A DNA stretch of 64,000 nucleotides from Marsupella aquatica (lineage: Eukaryota; Plantae; Marchantiophyta): the NCBI GenBank assembly GCA_973895155.1, contig OZ316891.1, positions 7,929,808 through 7,993,807 on the forward strand, given 5' to 3'. Both the position numbers and the translations under genes were made by a program. The notes below the pieces were generated by a model. It did not search any database. It worked only from the letters and a program-made list of their open reading frames with translations, and was not told where the DNA came from. Within the stretch, counting starts at the first letter, position 1. The number at the start of each line of letters is the position of its first letter. This document shows positions 24,101-38,400 of this stretch, in pieces.

Positions 24101-25734
24101 CGAAGGCAACAGCACAATGAGCAAGTGCCCCCAGCTTTGCTGCCTTTAGTGAGAGAGGATCAAAGACCAAGGGGTAAAGATCTCTAGCATAGGGAGCTAT
24201 GACTGAGAGGTTTTGCAAGTTGAGATGGAGAGTTTCGATTCCCAGGAGCCAGTGAATACCCAAAAGACGGAAAGGTAACGACTGAGAATCATCTTTCGGA
24301 AGTGCAATGAGCCGTCTCAAAATGGCCTTCTCTGCTCCGTCCATTGAATCCATGAAGTGAGTGTAGATTATTAAGCCGATATGACAAAGAACAGGACTGT
24401 AGCTATGTAAAATACCAGAGAAATGAGTCTTTAGAGTAGCACCAGATAGGTCTATGGCTTTGGAGATTTTAATTATGCTTGAAACGAGTTCAAGCATCCC
24501 AACCGCAGTGAGAAGGTGGGGACGCTCCAACAGAAACGCAACCACCGTGCGGAACTCCCTCAAATTTCCTGGACAAAGATAACCCATCAGACTTCCCAAA
24601 CGACTCGTGCTGCAGCCTCCGCCAAAGAGTTCTTCTAGCGCAACATAAGTGCAATTTCAAAAACTTGCAAAATTGAAACCCAGAGAGTAAATCCATAGCA
24701 AGCAGCAACGAACAGCGTTAACGGCCGCCCAACAGGAATTCATCCAGCCGACGCATAGTGTGGAAAACACATCGACAATATTCCATCTTCAACTTTAGGC
24801 TAAAGTGAGAATTAAAACTTGGACTGGAGAATCAAATAGACTGACCTATCGCTGGCAATTCTGGAAACAATTCCGTCAGACTATAACAGGCGAAAGGAAT
24901 CCGATCACACTCATGCGACTAATAGGAAATAATGAGAGCTGTGTAGAGCCTGACTGTCCGAGTACCTGGTGTAAGTTCACGTTTTTGTACTGCGTGAATC
25001 TCTCTCCCGGGAGTGGATGAAACCAGGAAAAACGGGGCAGAGAAGGGAACCAGTGGAGCTGTGTTTTGTAGAATTGGTAAGTAGTTGGCTGATTTCGATC
25101 TAATCGTGTACATTCGCGTGGAGAGGTTTTCCATAATGGTCGTCAGCAGAAGATTGTAGCTCTGGTTGACATGAGTCTTCTCTTGACGGCAGAGAAAATG
25201 AATGTGGCCCACGCATCCGTAAAGCAAACAAGGGTACGCCATTTCCAATTCCCGTAAGCTGTCGCAAGATAACCCTCGGAGATGGCGGTCGGACGGATGA
25301 TTCGGACGATTTATAAACACGAGGAAGAGCTCCACCAACCCTTCCAGCTTCTCTCGTGCGTTATGGAGAGCGTCCGTGACTATTGCCACAGTTGTGGCCA
25401 TCACCATCATGCTTTCCCTTATAGCGCTCGTGATGATGACTCCATCGCCTGGAGATTGGAGCACACCTCGCAGAGACTCTAGAATCATTCCGAGACCTAG
25501 GTGCACTTCGGAACCGACGAGGATCTCCGAATTCTCTTCAATAAACACGAGAAGTTGCGCTTTGATCGGAAAATCCCTCTTCAAGATGATTATCAGGGCT
25601 TGCTCTACCAGCGTTAGCCCTGGCCAAATGGTCAGCCATTTCTGCTGCAGATCGGACGATGTCCGAAAGTCTTGCATGATCTGTTCCCAGTCTTGCACGG
25701 ATATGCTCTTTCCAACTCCTCCTTTGTCTCCCAT
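21127..25734 (-). CDS. AP5B1: AP-5 complex subunit beta-1; exons 25734-24966, 24568-23401, 22804-21127
   Basis: N-terminal QDWEQIMQDF..QQKWL, central FPDIEVRDTAR|LYLRMLITIPGNKLR, and C-terminal LPPCYHLLLRMEVADESTLVRIRTDYWPCLAHVDEYLEAL match plant AP-5 beta. GT-AG junctions keep the frame. Confidence 0.9.
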
Positions 25735-26964
25735 TCTGCCCTCCCACGCCACTCCTCCAGCACGGCAAGGCCGACGACAACTTACAATTCATACAGGGCA
25801 CCTCTAATTCGGCTAGAATCGCGGTGACAGCCATTGAAATTCCGGAGAAGACATCTAATTCGTCCTCTGCTCCAAACCTACAAACAGAACCTTTCCACGG
25901 CCAAACCAGATCAAGACATCAACACTTCCTCTCGAAACGCTCCAATCTCAAATCCTGAAATATTGAACTCGAATCGAATGGTGAGCCGCACTCTTTCCGC
26001 CACGAGAAGAAATTCTGGGTATCTCTACGATCACTCGGTATGCAGAATCAGAAGTCGACCGAGCGACTCGCAAGCCTTCACTTTATCAGTGAGCTGCTTC
26101 TTCGGTTCTCTACATCCGTGCATTACCAGTGAAAACGTACATTAAGGTTTGTGGATGTCTCTTCAAGGATGGGATTGGCGAAGAACAAAACGCTCCATAT
26201 AGCTACACAGTTCTAACCGGGAGACATGATTCAAAAGGGGGGAGAGTGGGAGACCCACCAGGGTTCTCAAAGAAGCTCTTGAATATAGGATTAAGGGCGT
26301 AAGGTCTCATTTACAAGGTTATAGGGACTAGCCCAGATTACCCCTTCTTTTAACATGAAAGCTTCTTTTAACATGAAAGCTGGGAGTACAATAAAAATGT
26401 CACCAAAATAATTTTTTTATTCACATTCTTTGAATGCTAATGTCACCAAAATATATTCTTTATTCACATTCTTTGAAAGCTAATGAAATGATAAAAATAT
26501 CATCATGTATGTAATCATTTGAATAATTATATGTAACATATCATATTTTTTTCTATCCACATCTCTCTTTAAGGACCCCCATTAGGAGTCTCTTGCAAAT
26601 TCTCTGCCATGAGGTTGTGCCACATCACCACAACCAGCCACAAACAGGAATGATCCTACTTTTAACAATAACAAACGTGCACATTCTTGTTTGTGGCAAA
26701 AGCAACATAATTTTTTTCTATGCACATATGTTATGGTGGCTATAAAGTTCATTTTTTAATGTAAATAGAAATTATGATAAAAATTATACATGTTTATGAC
26801 ATACATTATGGTCATGAGTTTTCACATCCACATGATGAGCCATGGAGTTACAGTCTAGAGGTTTCACTCTAGAAGCCTGGGACCCAACTCTAGCCGGTAG
26901 TTGACGCTTTATAAGTAAGATGTTGATCTGCATATTTGAGGAGAAATATAAGAGACTATATACT

Positions 26965-27155
26965 GGTAAAAGAAACTGTATGTATTTTATCATACTTTGA
27001 GGTCTTATGTTCACTTATGATAGTCTCCTAAAGGAAAGTGTATGTATTTGTTCATACTTTCAGGTCCTATGTTCACTTATGATAGTCTCATGATAGTCTC
27101 CTAAAGGAAATTGTCTGTATTTGATCATACTTTCAGGTCCTGTGTTGATTTATGA
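26965..27155. repeat. ~60-bp degenerate tandem triplication
   Basis: AAAG(A/G)AA..GT.TGTATTT..TCATACTTT.AGGTC.T.TGTT..TTATGAT occurs three times. Smaller duplications are also present at ~26345-26381 and ~26398-26485. Confidence 0.85.
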
Positions 27156-29450
27156 TTGAACCCGCTGACATTGTTTTTGTGTTTACTACCCTCAGTTCTG
27201 CAGAGAGACCATATAGGTTATAACCAGAAGTTAAAACATACATGTGAAAAGGAATAACAAGATAAGGACCATAAAAAGTGAACCTATGACCTTAAAGTGG
27301 ACTTTTTTGTAGGTAGGAGACCCAATAGGGCAACACAATAGGAAGTCTCAAATGTCACCGGCGTCTCACAGTAGTCTGGGTTTAGTTTCCAGGGGACGTG
27401 GCCAAAACATGTTCAACACCAGCCCAAATACTTATGTTGCTGCAGTTTACTGTTTCCCATGTCAATCACTCCCCCCCCCCCTTCCACGGCACGGCCTGGA
27501 CCCAAACAAATGAACCTCAATAGGTCTGTGCATCAGTGAAACTCACTAGCAGGCCACGCTACTGGTAGTGGCCCTCTCCCGCAGAACACCTAAACAGATC
27601 CTTATTTGAGACCCTCTAATAGAGCATCTCAAACCCCCTGTTTCTTGGAGGTTTTAGGTCCCCGGATCCTACAGGCCGAGCTGAGGGTCAACAATCTAGG
27701 GTTCCCAAAAATCTATACTGCCACTAACTTGGGTGGTCATTGCAAACCACAAAGCAAGCTGGTTTGTACTGACTGGCATATGCCTCCTCCTGGCCTTCAA
27801 CCAGGCTGTTTTGGTTGTGGGCAACCCGGGAAGTGTGATGTCTTTTGGGTTGCCACATGTACTGTCAATGACTTGTCCTCTGTTTCTGATGTAGAATTAT
27901 GAAAAAGCACCAATTTACTAATACTGAGAATTACTACATGACCATTCTCCAGAATGGCCGTGTCATTGGGGGGTCATTGCCAAAATTTTATTGGGTATGC
28001 AAGTTTAGCATACAAAAACTAATCAAAAATATAGAAAATCAATCCTCAAAATGCATACGATGTTGGAAACACTGTTAGAATCCTCTCAATAAAAACATAA
28101 TGCGCAAGATGCTGGAAACAATGTCAGGGATGGGAGTGGGAGAGCCTGGAGGGTAGGTCTACTATTCACCACGGCAACAAACCTTTAAACACTCTTTAAG
28201 GTTGCATGGAGAACACTAAGTCTCTTATCTGAGTCCATTTGAGCATAGTCTGCAGGAATTTTTGGCAATTATCATTTTTTGTTCATCGATTACAGCATGG
28301 ACAAAACCTCATGAGATTGAATTGTGTAATCTACAAACCCATTGTTGGAAGTCTGTGGTGTCTAATTTCTAACCGATGTTAGTTCACATGGCACTTATTA
28401 AACAGGACTGAGATAGAGAGCCCTCCAATTTCTACTAGAGTCTTCTGTTCGAAAGTCTTCATTACCATTGAGACAAAACAGTACTTAGCCTATCAACACT
28501 TCCTTGGGCAATTCCACAACCATGGTATTCAATCGGAGGCAAGACTCAAACGGTGTTCAGAAGCAGGCAGGCTTTCCAGAATTGTATTGAATGAAGACAT
28601 GGGCAAAGGTCTTGGACAGAAAATGCGATAATATTACGATGATTATTTACATTGATAGCAAGTATGAAATACAACAAACTAACAGTCACCATAATAGCAT
28701 AGACAACGGTTCAAAACCCAAATTGCCTGCTGTAGCGAGTTTCTTCGACCAAAAACCCTGCAAGAAACTTCAATTTTTCGTATCTCTGAAAAAACCAAGA
28801 TGGCCGGCCACCGGGGCGAAACTATGCCACACTAAACCCTTATCCTTCAAACAATGTACAAGTCGAATCTCCCCAAGTGTAGACTGTCAACACTTTAGCG
28901 ATGTTTATTCTGGACGCCGGTTTCTGATACTAAACTACAACTGGATGCAAGCAACATGCAAAATTTTCCGCCTGAAGGTAACAGCATATGGATTATGACA
29001 TTGCTGATTACTCTCTCAGGAGTGGGGGTCCTCACTAGATCGGTGATCAGATCAGGAATTCCAAAGAAGACCACTGACTCCTGTGCAACTCCAAAGCCAA
29101 TTCCCAACCACGGCTAATGACTGTCACAGTTCTCCAGTCTCTAAAGTACTTGAACGAAATGAGACATTGTTCCGATGAGAATGAGGGCCCTGATTATTTA
29201 GCAAAATGAGTGCACGGTTGTGGACCCCAAAGTCGCCGTAGCCTGCCTCTCGCAGCATGAGCTGGATAATCGCTCCTTGCATTGGGTGAGAGGATCTGAG
29301 CTAGCTAGACTTGACATGTTTAAGATCTGACAGAAATAAGATCAGTAGTCCTTTGTTTGCATGCCAGATCGGACGGGTCGAACACTTGTTTTTGCCAACA
29401 AGGCAGAAGAGTAGGGTCGCTCACTACGATGAACCTGATCTGGTACCATT

Positions 29451-32400
29451 TTAACAATCGTATGCTCCTGGGCCTGGCAGCTCATTGTCCGTTTCGTGCC
29501 AGCGGCTGTCTCGGCCAAAATAACTAATTGCTGCACTTTTGTGCTTGGAATTTGTTTGTTTACCCTGCATAATCCACATTGAAGTTGTGTCAAGAGAGTT
29601 CAACCTTCGAACCAAACAGTCAGGAACATCTGCTAGGGGTTCTCAATACTAACATCGAGAGATCTCTACACCGCGATCATTAAGTCTGTAATATCTTTCT
29701 GGAAATTTCAGAGGGCGAGTACACTAGAAAATGAGCATTCCCAAGAAATCATGTTTCTCACCAGGCTTCCCTTCAGCTTGATTACAGCCGGGCCAGGTGA
29801 TTGTACCCCGTAATTGATTTTGTCATGCTCAGCAGATATGAATACCTTCAAAATAAGAACAAGAGATAAGATCAACAGAGGATGCAGCATGAATGAACGT
29901 AGCATGAATGAACGTAGAATTTTGCTCTTTCAGAAGTAGCAATTTCGTTTTTTTAACTTTGCGCAATCCTTGTTGATGATTGTCTTGTGAGTTCGAATAG
30001 CAAACTACGAGGACAGAAAATTTATGCGTTGCACAATTCATCATGCTGCCTTTCATCTCTTACCTCGACTCGTCACCACTCGGAGATCGCAAAGACCAGA
30101 GGCAAGTGGCGGATCGACAGACGAACAACTTTATAGTGCTCCGAAATTATTTCTTTTTTGTAGTTAAGCTTTTGTGAAACAACATCATTCGTTGGATAGC
30201 CTCTAAACCACCGTACCTTGTTGGCTTTCTCCCGTGAAGCACTTCCGAAGGAGAAGTTTGGTCGAGTGCTTCTGTGTGATTCATCTTGTCTACCAATTGA
30301 GCCTTTCAAGTCGTATTGACCTGGTCCTGTCGTCTCCCCTGCCCTGCCCATGAGGTGGTACTGCAAGATACCAGCGTCTTTGTAATTTGTGCGGAATTTG
30401 CATGGTTGATACCAGCGTCTTTGTAATTTGTGCGGAATTTGCATGGTTGATAACGGCCACGTGCAGATTGTACGAGATGAGCCCTCTGGACAAACGTTTT
30501 GCAATCTGCTAGGCTTGGGCAACAAATGTCGAAGGAAGAACACAATGGAAAAAATGACGGACTCTTTGCTCATGTGATGAAATGCCAGGATTGTCACAAT
30601 AAATCAAAAGGAGAAATAAGAGACAGTTCTATTATGCGCTAACAAGGTCAAGTTCTCTTCCCCCGGCAAGACATTATCCACCAGCTCCACACTTGTGACA
30701 GTTTCGGACATAATTGAAAAAAGGAGTCGAATCAACTTTAGACTGAAAAGTTTGAAAGATGGGTGTTCAGGGCACACCTTAAATCGCTGATCATTAACAA
30801 ACCCAACAAGCGGTGCTGTTTTGTTGTGCGAGAGAGGCTGTCGGCCCAATGTAGATTTAGGTGGATATACAGATGGACCGGGCGACGCTTTCCCATAGTT
30901 TATCTTCAAAAACGAAGGGAAGGAACTCGAATGAAATATTCTCACAATGTACCCTAGTTATGGTGACGCAGATCAACTATCGCTTAGTCATAAAACTTGA
31001 TTGCATGCAATTGCTACCAAAGCCACCATGAACACAAGAACACTAGAATATGTTCAAAGAGACGCAGTCATTAGAGAAGAGAATCTTTTTCACATCTAGT
31101 AGAGCCCTGAGTCTATCTAGCTAACGTCCAAATACACAAATCCTCTAACAGTTGAGTCATTCTGACTTCTACTCGCTAACTACGAACAATTCTTTGAGAT
31201 TTGCGAATGAAAACCATGAGTAAAAGAAAAAGTTCCACACCGTATCGTTTGGAGTACCTTCTCAAAGTCCACATTGACGTAAACTTTGTCCTGCCCATTC
31301 CTCGTCCCGGTACCAAACAGCACCCCAACGGGTGACTTTTGTCTGGAAGGTGCGAACTGCATGCAAAGGAATTAGTTAGTGACGAGATCCACAGAACTGA
31401 CGTTACACCCGGCAGCTCAGCTAACAAAAGGTTTGTCTACTTCGTCAGCATGCGGTGCACCTGTCCATCGTTAGGACTCTAGGTCGTCGTACATCATCAT
31501 TCGGTTTCGACGTTTTGAAGCTTGGCTTTCTAGTGAGCAGAAGATATCATTGACGTTTACCCTTCTTTCATGCAACCCACATGATGCAGCTAAAAATTTA
31601 CCACGGATGAATTTCGGAGCGATTGCCATTGGCGGCAGTTAAGAGGTTACTGCAAAGAAACCTTTTTGCAAAATAAATACACGAAAGGCTGAGAATTTGA
31701 GAAGCCTCGGGGAGCGCATCAAACAGGTGAAACACATTTATAAGGAAAAGCAAGAGGATTCATACTTCATAGAGCTACGTTAATGCCCTAATCTCAGACA
31801 TGATAGAAGTGCCAGTGAAAGAAATGGCATCATCACCAGCTCATACGTACTGTGGACGCTTAAAACGAAAGACAACGCATTAGAGCTATCCAAGTATCCG
31901 TCCCCGTTCGGATGTTAAATGATGTGCTCCACTTATCGTCACTTCTAAACCCTTGGTTTCACAAGCAAGGCTTCCATATCATCTCAAGTAAAATTAGAGA
32001 CATGACGGATCCTGCAGGTGGGCTGTACCTGGGTCAGGAAGCTTGATTTCTGATTGTATGCTCCAGGTCCGGGAGGTTCCTCTTCTCTTCGCCTCTGTTC
32101 AAGGATATGAAAATTTTGGATGAGTTCATGAGAATATGTTTTCTCTTCTAAACAGTCTGAACTGGCTGGAATTAGATATATACCCTGAACCACCGAACAC
32201 CCATGGGAAAGATGGTTTCCGGGGGGTTCTCATTTCGGGATTTTGGTTGCTTCCCGAAGGCGGAATGTTGATCATATACTGGACCTGAACACATGATGCA
32301 CAATCGTGACTCACTTAATTTTTAGTCGAGTAACCGAAACGAGCGGTGCAGCTCATTCTTCTATTCCGTTAGTATTCGGTTCGATTAAGAGAGGAGGTAG

Positions 32401-32880
32401 AGAAGAGGATAGGAGCATTGAAGTCCATTGAAAGAGATGATGGATAAGGGAAAGTTGTCTTCAAAGAAATGCAAGTGTTCAATTCAAACCAGAGTTCATT
32501 TGAATTTCTTTCTTAGCTGCTAAAGTCAGGTCTGAAAGGTTGGATTGGATACCTGGACTGCACTTATCAGGCTTTAGTTTGGCCAAGTCTGCATTGACGT
32601 ACATCTGCTTGTCCACATCGAAGAAATAGTATCCGGAAAATAAGATATAATCAGTCTATTACATGGAGGCCAAATCAATTGTCCTCAATAACCATAACGA
32701 TAATAAATTTAACCATTGCTCAAATCGCCCACAAGCGCGAATGACCTTCCAAGAAAGTCTGCATTTATATTTAAAACCTTCAATTCTGAGAAGAGATTCG
32801 AATTTCACCTTTTCCGCAACAACGTCACGGCTGGAGCTCCCAAATCCATATGCAGGAGAAGTGACTCGATACGAAACGAT
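29451..32880 (-). CDS. ODF3/SHIPPO-1-like sperm-tail PG-rich repeat (STPGR) flagellar microtubule protein; at least 9 small exons, start not resolved (upstream of 32880)
   Basis: GT-AG exons give repeated PGP(G)xY motifs: IVSYRVTSPAYGFGSSSRDVVAEK (32880-32809), MYVNADLAKLKPDKCSP|GPVYDQHSAFGKQ, EEEPPGPGAYNQKSSFLTQ, FAPSRQKSPVGVLFGTGTR..KVYVNVDFEK, INYGKASPGPSVYPPKSTLGRQ, ETTGPGQYDLKGSIGRQ..RPNFSFGSASREK, VFISAEHDKINYGVQSPGPA, and GKQTNSKHKSAAISYFGRDSRW..ELPGPGAYDC* (stop at 29451). Confidence 0.85.
30367..30452. repeat. 41-bp tandem duplication at an intron 3' end of the ODF3-like gene
   Basis: GATACCAGCGTCTTTGTAATTTGTGCGGAATTTGCATGGTT x2. Confidence 0.9.
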
Positions 32881-35800
32881 CTGTATTAGAAATGAGCAAT
32901 CGTCATTGCAGTGTCGAATTTTCTACTAGTGTCCCTAAACTGGGGCTGTTTTTGAACCCGGATCTGTTTTACAAAACTCGTTTGAGTGTTTCCGTTATTG
33001 CAGAAAGAGAGATTGCTCCAGTGTGTGGCATCCAGGCACAAAAGAGCAGATTTAAAAGAGCAGATGATACGAATGAAGCCAAACTTCGAAGTTCCCCGTG
33101 TGACAGATCCTAACAAGGTGAGGTAAGAGGGAAGAAGCAAATCCGTTATCGTTGACACGAAGATGCAAATTATTAATCGAGGCAAAATCATCACAGAACC
33201 ATGAAGGTGAAAACGCATAACTAAAGCGACGCAAAATGGCTTCGAGATGATTCAAGGCCTTCTGATGGCAGATTACCGCAGCCCTCGAAGAGTTTTGTTA
33301 CCGGCGTTCTGTTATCGGCCACAAGGCTCCGTGCCGTCCTTTACTTCCATCTTCAGATATTCATTTCCTCTCTTTTTAGGCCATTTTGCCCTCGTTTAAA
33401 AGTTTCCAGTTCCGTCGAATACGTCGCCTTATGACTTCTATAGACAATTCATTTGCAGCGCAGCACTGGACATTGCTAGAACTGGACCCGTGGGATTCAC
33501 ATTACGCGCTAGACAGGATGAGAGGAAATACGACTGACCTGATTTCCGAAGCCAGACTTCAGAAATCTCCTCCGCGCCGCTGGAGGGTTCCAATCTCGCG
33601 GGAGCCGACGCTCGTACAGGGCTGGAAATTACAGCCGTCATAGGCCAGAGTTAAATTGAAAAATTAGGTTCCAGTATGCAATTGTGCAAGTATCTATCTT
33701 TCCAGAAGATGTGCATTGACAGAGGTGGCTAGGATTCGCGACTGAAACTATTATGATTGATACCCGGCTACAACTCCCAACGCGTCGTCCTCCTGTCTCA
33801 GATTTCGCGAGGATGGATCGCTGTTCTGATATTACGAGGGCTTACGGAAAGAAAAGAAGAACATCTCGTGAGTAATCTAGCACGTTGAATTAGAAGAATG
33901 ACGGTGCCCTCTGCACTTTAGAGGCTCTATATAATCCAGGAGAATGCAGGAGTTTCATTTTTAAACAAAAAACCACGAGCCAAAGCTTCACAGAAGAATT
34001 CACACCCGAGAATTTTTCCTTACCCATCGCAGAATGTTGTCGAAGGAATTCAGTAAGTGTGATAATATTCCGGCCTTTCCATTGCAACAAAGGAGCTTCG
34101 TCTCATTGAATATGGATAACCAGAGGCAGGGTCCCCTTCACGATCAGTACAGATAGTGTCGTCGTCTAATCTTGAGATCTCAAATTACTTCAATGAATGC
34201 TGTGGGAATTAAACACCCGCTTCTCAGCATCGAAGATGCGCAGAGTGTGTCCTTTCATTTCCGCAGGTAGCTCATAACCTCTTATGGTACCAAATACCGA
34301 CATGAAATGGGACATCCGCAAGGTAAACCCTCATGCGGCAGACACACGTACCCTTTCATTCCCACGCACCACATCCTTTATTCACCAGAAGTAACGAAAG
34401 CCAGAGAGCAGGAGCTCGGTGGAATCTTCAATTATTCAGCAAATTTCACCAGTGTCAACGTTGTGATCGAGCTTATTTAGAAGTCCAAAAGAATCGTCTA
34501 CAAAACACCATTGTCACAACTCACTTTGTGCATGCCAGACGCCCGTTTTGTTACGTCTTGTCGTGTCAGGCCATGTGGATTGCCAAGAGATCACTCTCAT
34601 ATATCAGTGGCAATGGAATTAAGCTTGCTTTCTTATCGTATTCCTTGTATGTAAACTTGACAGGTTTGTAACGCCTCTTGTCTGTCCGTCTTTGAAACTC
34701 GCTGCCCTTAGCGCCCGAACGTAACCACTCTCTGCGAAAGATCCGCAAGAATTGCGATGGACAGGAAGTGGTCGAAACGGACACCGCAGTCCAGCTTGGA
34801 TCTGAATTTCATCACCTATTAACAACTTCATCAACCTTCACATCGAACAAATCAGTACGCATTCCCCCGGGCAGGACCCTCGGAAATCCAGATTCCTGCA
34901 GGGCACTCCAGGGATCTCTTTCGTGATCCAGCCTGCCAATTATGATGGTGGTAATTGAGTTCAACTTACGCATTGATGTCATTCTCTGAAGGTTTCATTC
35001 TGTTGACATGAGCACCACAATGCCTCCTACTAATTATAACTAGCAAACTTTCTCCTCACACGCATGTTTTGTCAGTGTCTACTACGGTTGGTACTGTCAC
35101 TACGTCACTCAGCAGCTTGAATCGTATGAAATCTCCGAAATTTCGTGCTCCGAAAAGTCATAACGGAAGAAACAAGCACCGGATCGAAACGTGAAGGGAC
35201 AAATGTTGCTCAAGCTACACTACAACGCTGTTAACGGCGGGAACGAGCCAGGTCAGCACAGTGATGACGGGAAACAGGGCTACCTTCAGGAACAGAGGAG
35301 AGAAGGACGCAGAACGGAGGATCGAACGCAGGTAGTAAGCCCCCAAATGTTCGGATCAATTCGTCAACTTCCCCTCTTCCTTTCAACTGACTGATCAAGT
35401 CCGATCCGTTTGCACTCGGAAGCTCCCCTTAAACTCAGCATTTGATTCCATCCTCCTCGTCCTCCAGGCTCTGAACCTCGCCACTAGACGTATGTGATAC
35501 CCTTCCAGTCCTTTGTCCATCCAAATCCCGATTCAATTGCTTCATGCATTGGTGGATATGTGTGGACATAAAGCGTAGAACAGAATCGGAGAGTGCACTT
35601 CACCGATTCTTCGCTTCATGTCATGGAGTATTGACCGGGCAATTCATTGCACGCTGGCAATCTTCCTTCAAGCCGTTCACATTTACGTAAGTGCAGCCTC
35701 ATGATCTACAGAAAGCAGGTCATCAAAGTCCTCGCCAGCCTTGTGATTTATAATCGAAAGAGGTGATCGTCTTCCTTAGCGAGTGCTCCTGCCTGACATG

Positions 35801-37249
35801 AAGTCTGTATTAATGAATTAATGAAATGCGTGCCATTGATCAACGAGTCGCGCATCGAATTAAGATCCGTTCACGTAACTCATTTCAATGATTTGAAGCA
35901 TTCTAGAAGCTTCAAATCCCTTTGTTGGCCTGATCTTTTCGATTCCGAGTAATCTTATCTGTGGCTCGATTAGAATCGCAACAAATGGATGAGTTGTAGG
36001 AACTGGAGCGTTCTGATTGCCAAGGCTGACTAGATCAGGCTGGCAGCTTCCTCTCTATAACTAAGTCGCCCGGACTGAAGGATAGAAATAATGGCTTTTG
36101 ATATCCTCTGACCCCAAAACAAGAACGAGACTGGAATTACCACGGAAAACAGGTAAAAAGTACTCTTGGCGAGAACCATTTGTATAAAAAAAATCCGATT
36201 AAAGAAACTGAAGGCAATCGTATCGCTCTTCTGTCCAGGATCCTAACGAATTTTACCTAGGAGAAGCTAATGACTGAGCAGAGTGACGCGACAAGAGATT
36301 TTAAGGTGAGGAAAAAACGCCGTAGGAGCTCTGATTGTTGCCACCAATATTACGGATCCTATATTCAGGATTGGGAAGTAGTTTGCTCTACTGCATTGAT
36401 CCTTGAGACACAAGTATCCATGTGGGCAGCAATCAGGCCGTGGGATAACATCACTTACAACCGTGTTTCAGTGTCCTAACATCTGATCAAAACTTACTCG
36501 AAAGTAGTCTCGAGATCTGCCCTTACAAATCTTGATTACTACGAAATCAAGATCCGGGCCTTCATTCCAGCAGATTGAATTGAATTTTCTTACTCCATGC
36601 GTCTAAAGAGACCACTAGGTAGAAAGCGATATGGTACAGAGAGTATCTTTCCTTCGAAGGTACAGAGAGTATCTTAAGTTGAAAGCTGAAATACGAGTAG
36701 TTAATCAACCCAAGGTTCCAAAGACGGAGGTGGATTGAACAACTGACGGAGAATTCAGCACATGCTAATGACGATAGTTGCTTGCTGCAAGAAATAGAAC
36801 CAATCGAGGATGTGCGAGTTCTTGCCAAAAGCGAGAAGAGCATCCCGCAGTGTCAAAGTCACGTCGTCGATTGAAGAAAATTATAAGGCAAGGTCATGCC
36901 CCGCGTTGAATATGAACCACCAATTAACTCATCGCCACTGAATATGCGCAGGGGTTTGAATTCTTGACATCTGTAGCAGAGCCGAACAACACATGAGCCC
37001 GCGCGCAGGCTGACGAGGCCCCAGGAAATCACTCTCGCCATTGCCGAATCCTCCATCATTGAAGTTCTGACCCCGTGAAGTGTGCTGTAATGGCGGGTAA
37101 GGCGTCCTAGCCTCTGCATTAAGACATCAGTTCCGAATCAGTCTCGCATCCATTCGTCTTAAATGTGGCTTGAAATACGGCAAAGCTAGTGTTATGATAA
37201 AAGCAATTCAACATTCGTTCCTTTCTAACTCTAGGAATAAGTCACCTCT

Positions 37250-38400
37250 GAGTGACAATCGTTTAATTTCTTTGAATCACCTCACCGAAAGCTTGTCACC
37301 GTGTACCAATGTGCAACTTCTTTGAGGATGCTCCAGCCCTGTACCAGCGTAACTACGATCATCGATTCTTTAGCCCTCCATGCCGGAGAGGAAATTTCGT
37401 TTTCCGGAAAAGATATATCCACTCAGGCTTTGGAGAGCAGGTCAGAGCAATCATCTCTAATCTAGCATCCGTTCGGCCTCCTCATATATCCTTCTACTGC
37501 ATACTATGAATTATCAGCTCTAAACAGTTTTCCTACGTGCAAAACTTTCGATGGCACCTGAAGCGAACACTATCAGAACCGTGCTTCATCGCCTCCGCTG
37601 TGATCTGAGAAGTCTTAAATCCATTCCAAAGCATCTCTGTCAGTTGACCTTACAATGAAGCATCTCTGCCATTTCATCTCCACACGGTATCGTGTTTGAT
37701 TCCGGTGCAAACAATCGCAATGGCTTCCGCTTGGGTAGAAACAACCAACCAAATATCCCCTGGATAAGACAGCGCAAACGAAGCCTTCCTGGATGCTCCC
37801 ATCAAGTTCACAACAGAATTGTCACAAATCTTTCCAACGTCCACGTCGAAAAACACTCTTCACAGAACGGAGAGATCGCATTTAAGTTTCCAATCCAAAC
37901 TTCATCATCCACTTTCCTCAACTTTATCGGGGCCATTCTGTTCAATAAATTATCAACAGGTCAATGTATTCGGCTAGCTCATCTCTCGAGCGTTTCCAAA
38001 TCCTGTACAGCTCCTGACAAGCTTGCATTTCCGGAAACCTGGTTGCAGTTGGACTCTACCAAATTCACGTTTCCTCAGACTGGGACTAGGAGAGACAGCC
38101 GAGACCTATTCGACAACATTGTAAGTTGTTGCAGATTACCATCATGAGTTTGGAACAGAAAAAGATCTCAAGAATTGCAAATATCTCCAAAATGAACCAG
38201 TTTCCACATGGAATCTATTCAACATAGAATTCTGGAGACCCTCACGGCAAAGTTAACCCCAGTGTCTGGGTTCAAACAAATGCTCAATGCCTTCCAAATG
38301 AAGTACTGCACTCACTTCTATAGAATGCTACATCTTGTGCGTTCAATTGTTGAGGTATCTGTCAACGCAGCTTTGTGTCACCAAGGAGATTGACAAATTC
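37250..38400 (-). pseudogene. Possible highly degraded PPR-protein pseudogene
   Basis: Stop- and frameshift-broken minus-strand fragments resemble PPR motifs: IDSMWKLVHFGD, ATTYNVV, PNTLTC, CTGIKHDTV, YEEAERML / LEMIALTCSP. Weak, by-eye only. Confidence 0.25.

Noticed and set aside
21166-25807. Plus-strand ORFs of 70-175 aa overlapping AP5B1 (and antisense ORFs over the ANK, ABCG and B3 genes)
   Set aside because: These are antisense shadows of real coding exons.
36068-36085. miR319-like GGACTGAAGG (and miR529-like GTACAGCCC at ~12720)
   Set aside because: Only partial matches, with no fold-back partner seen.
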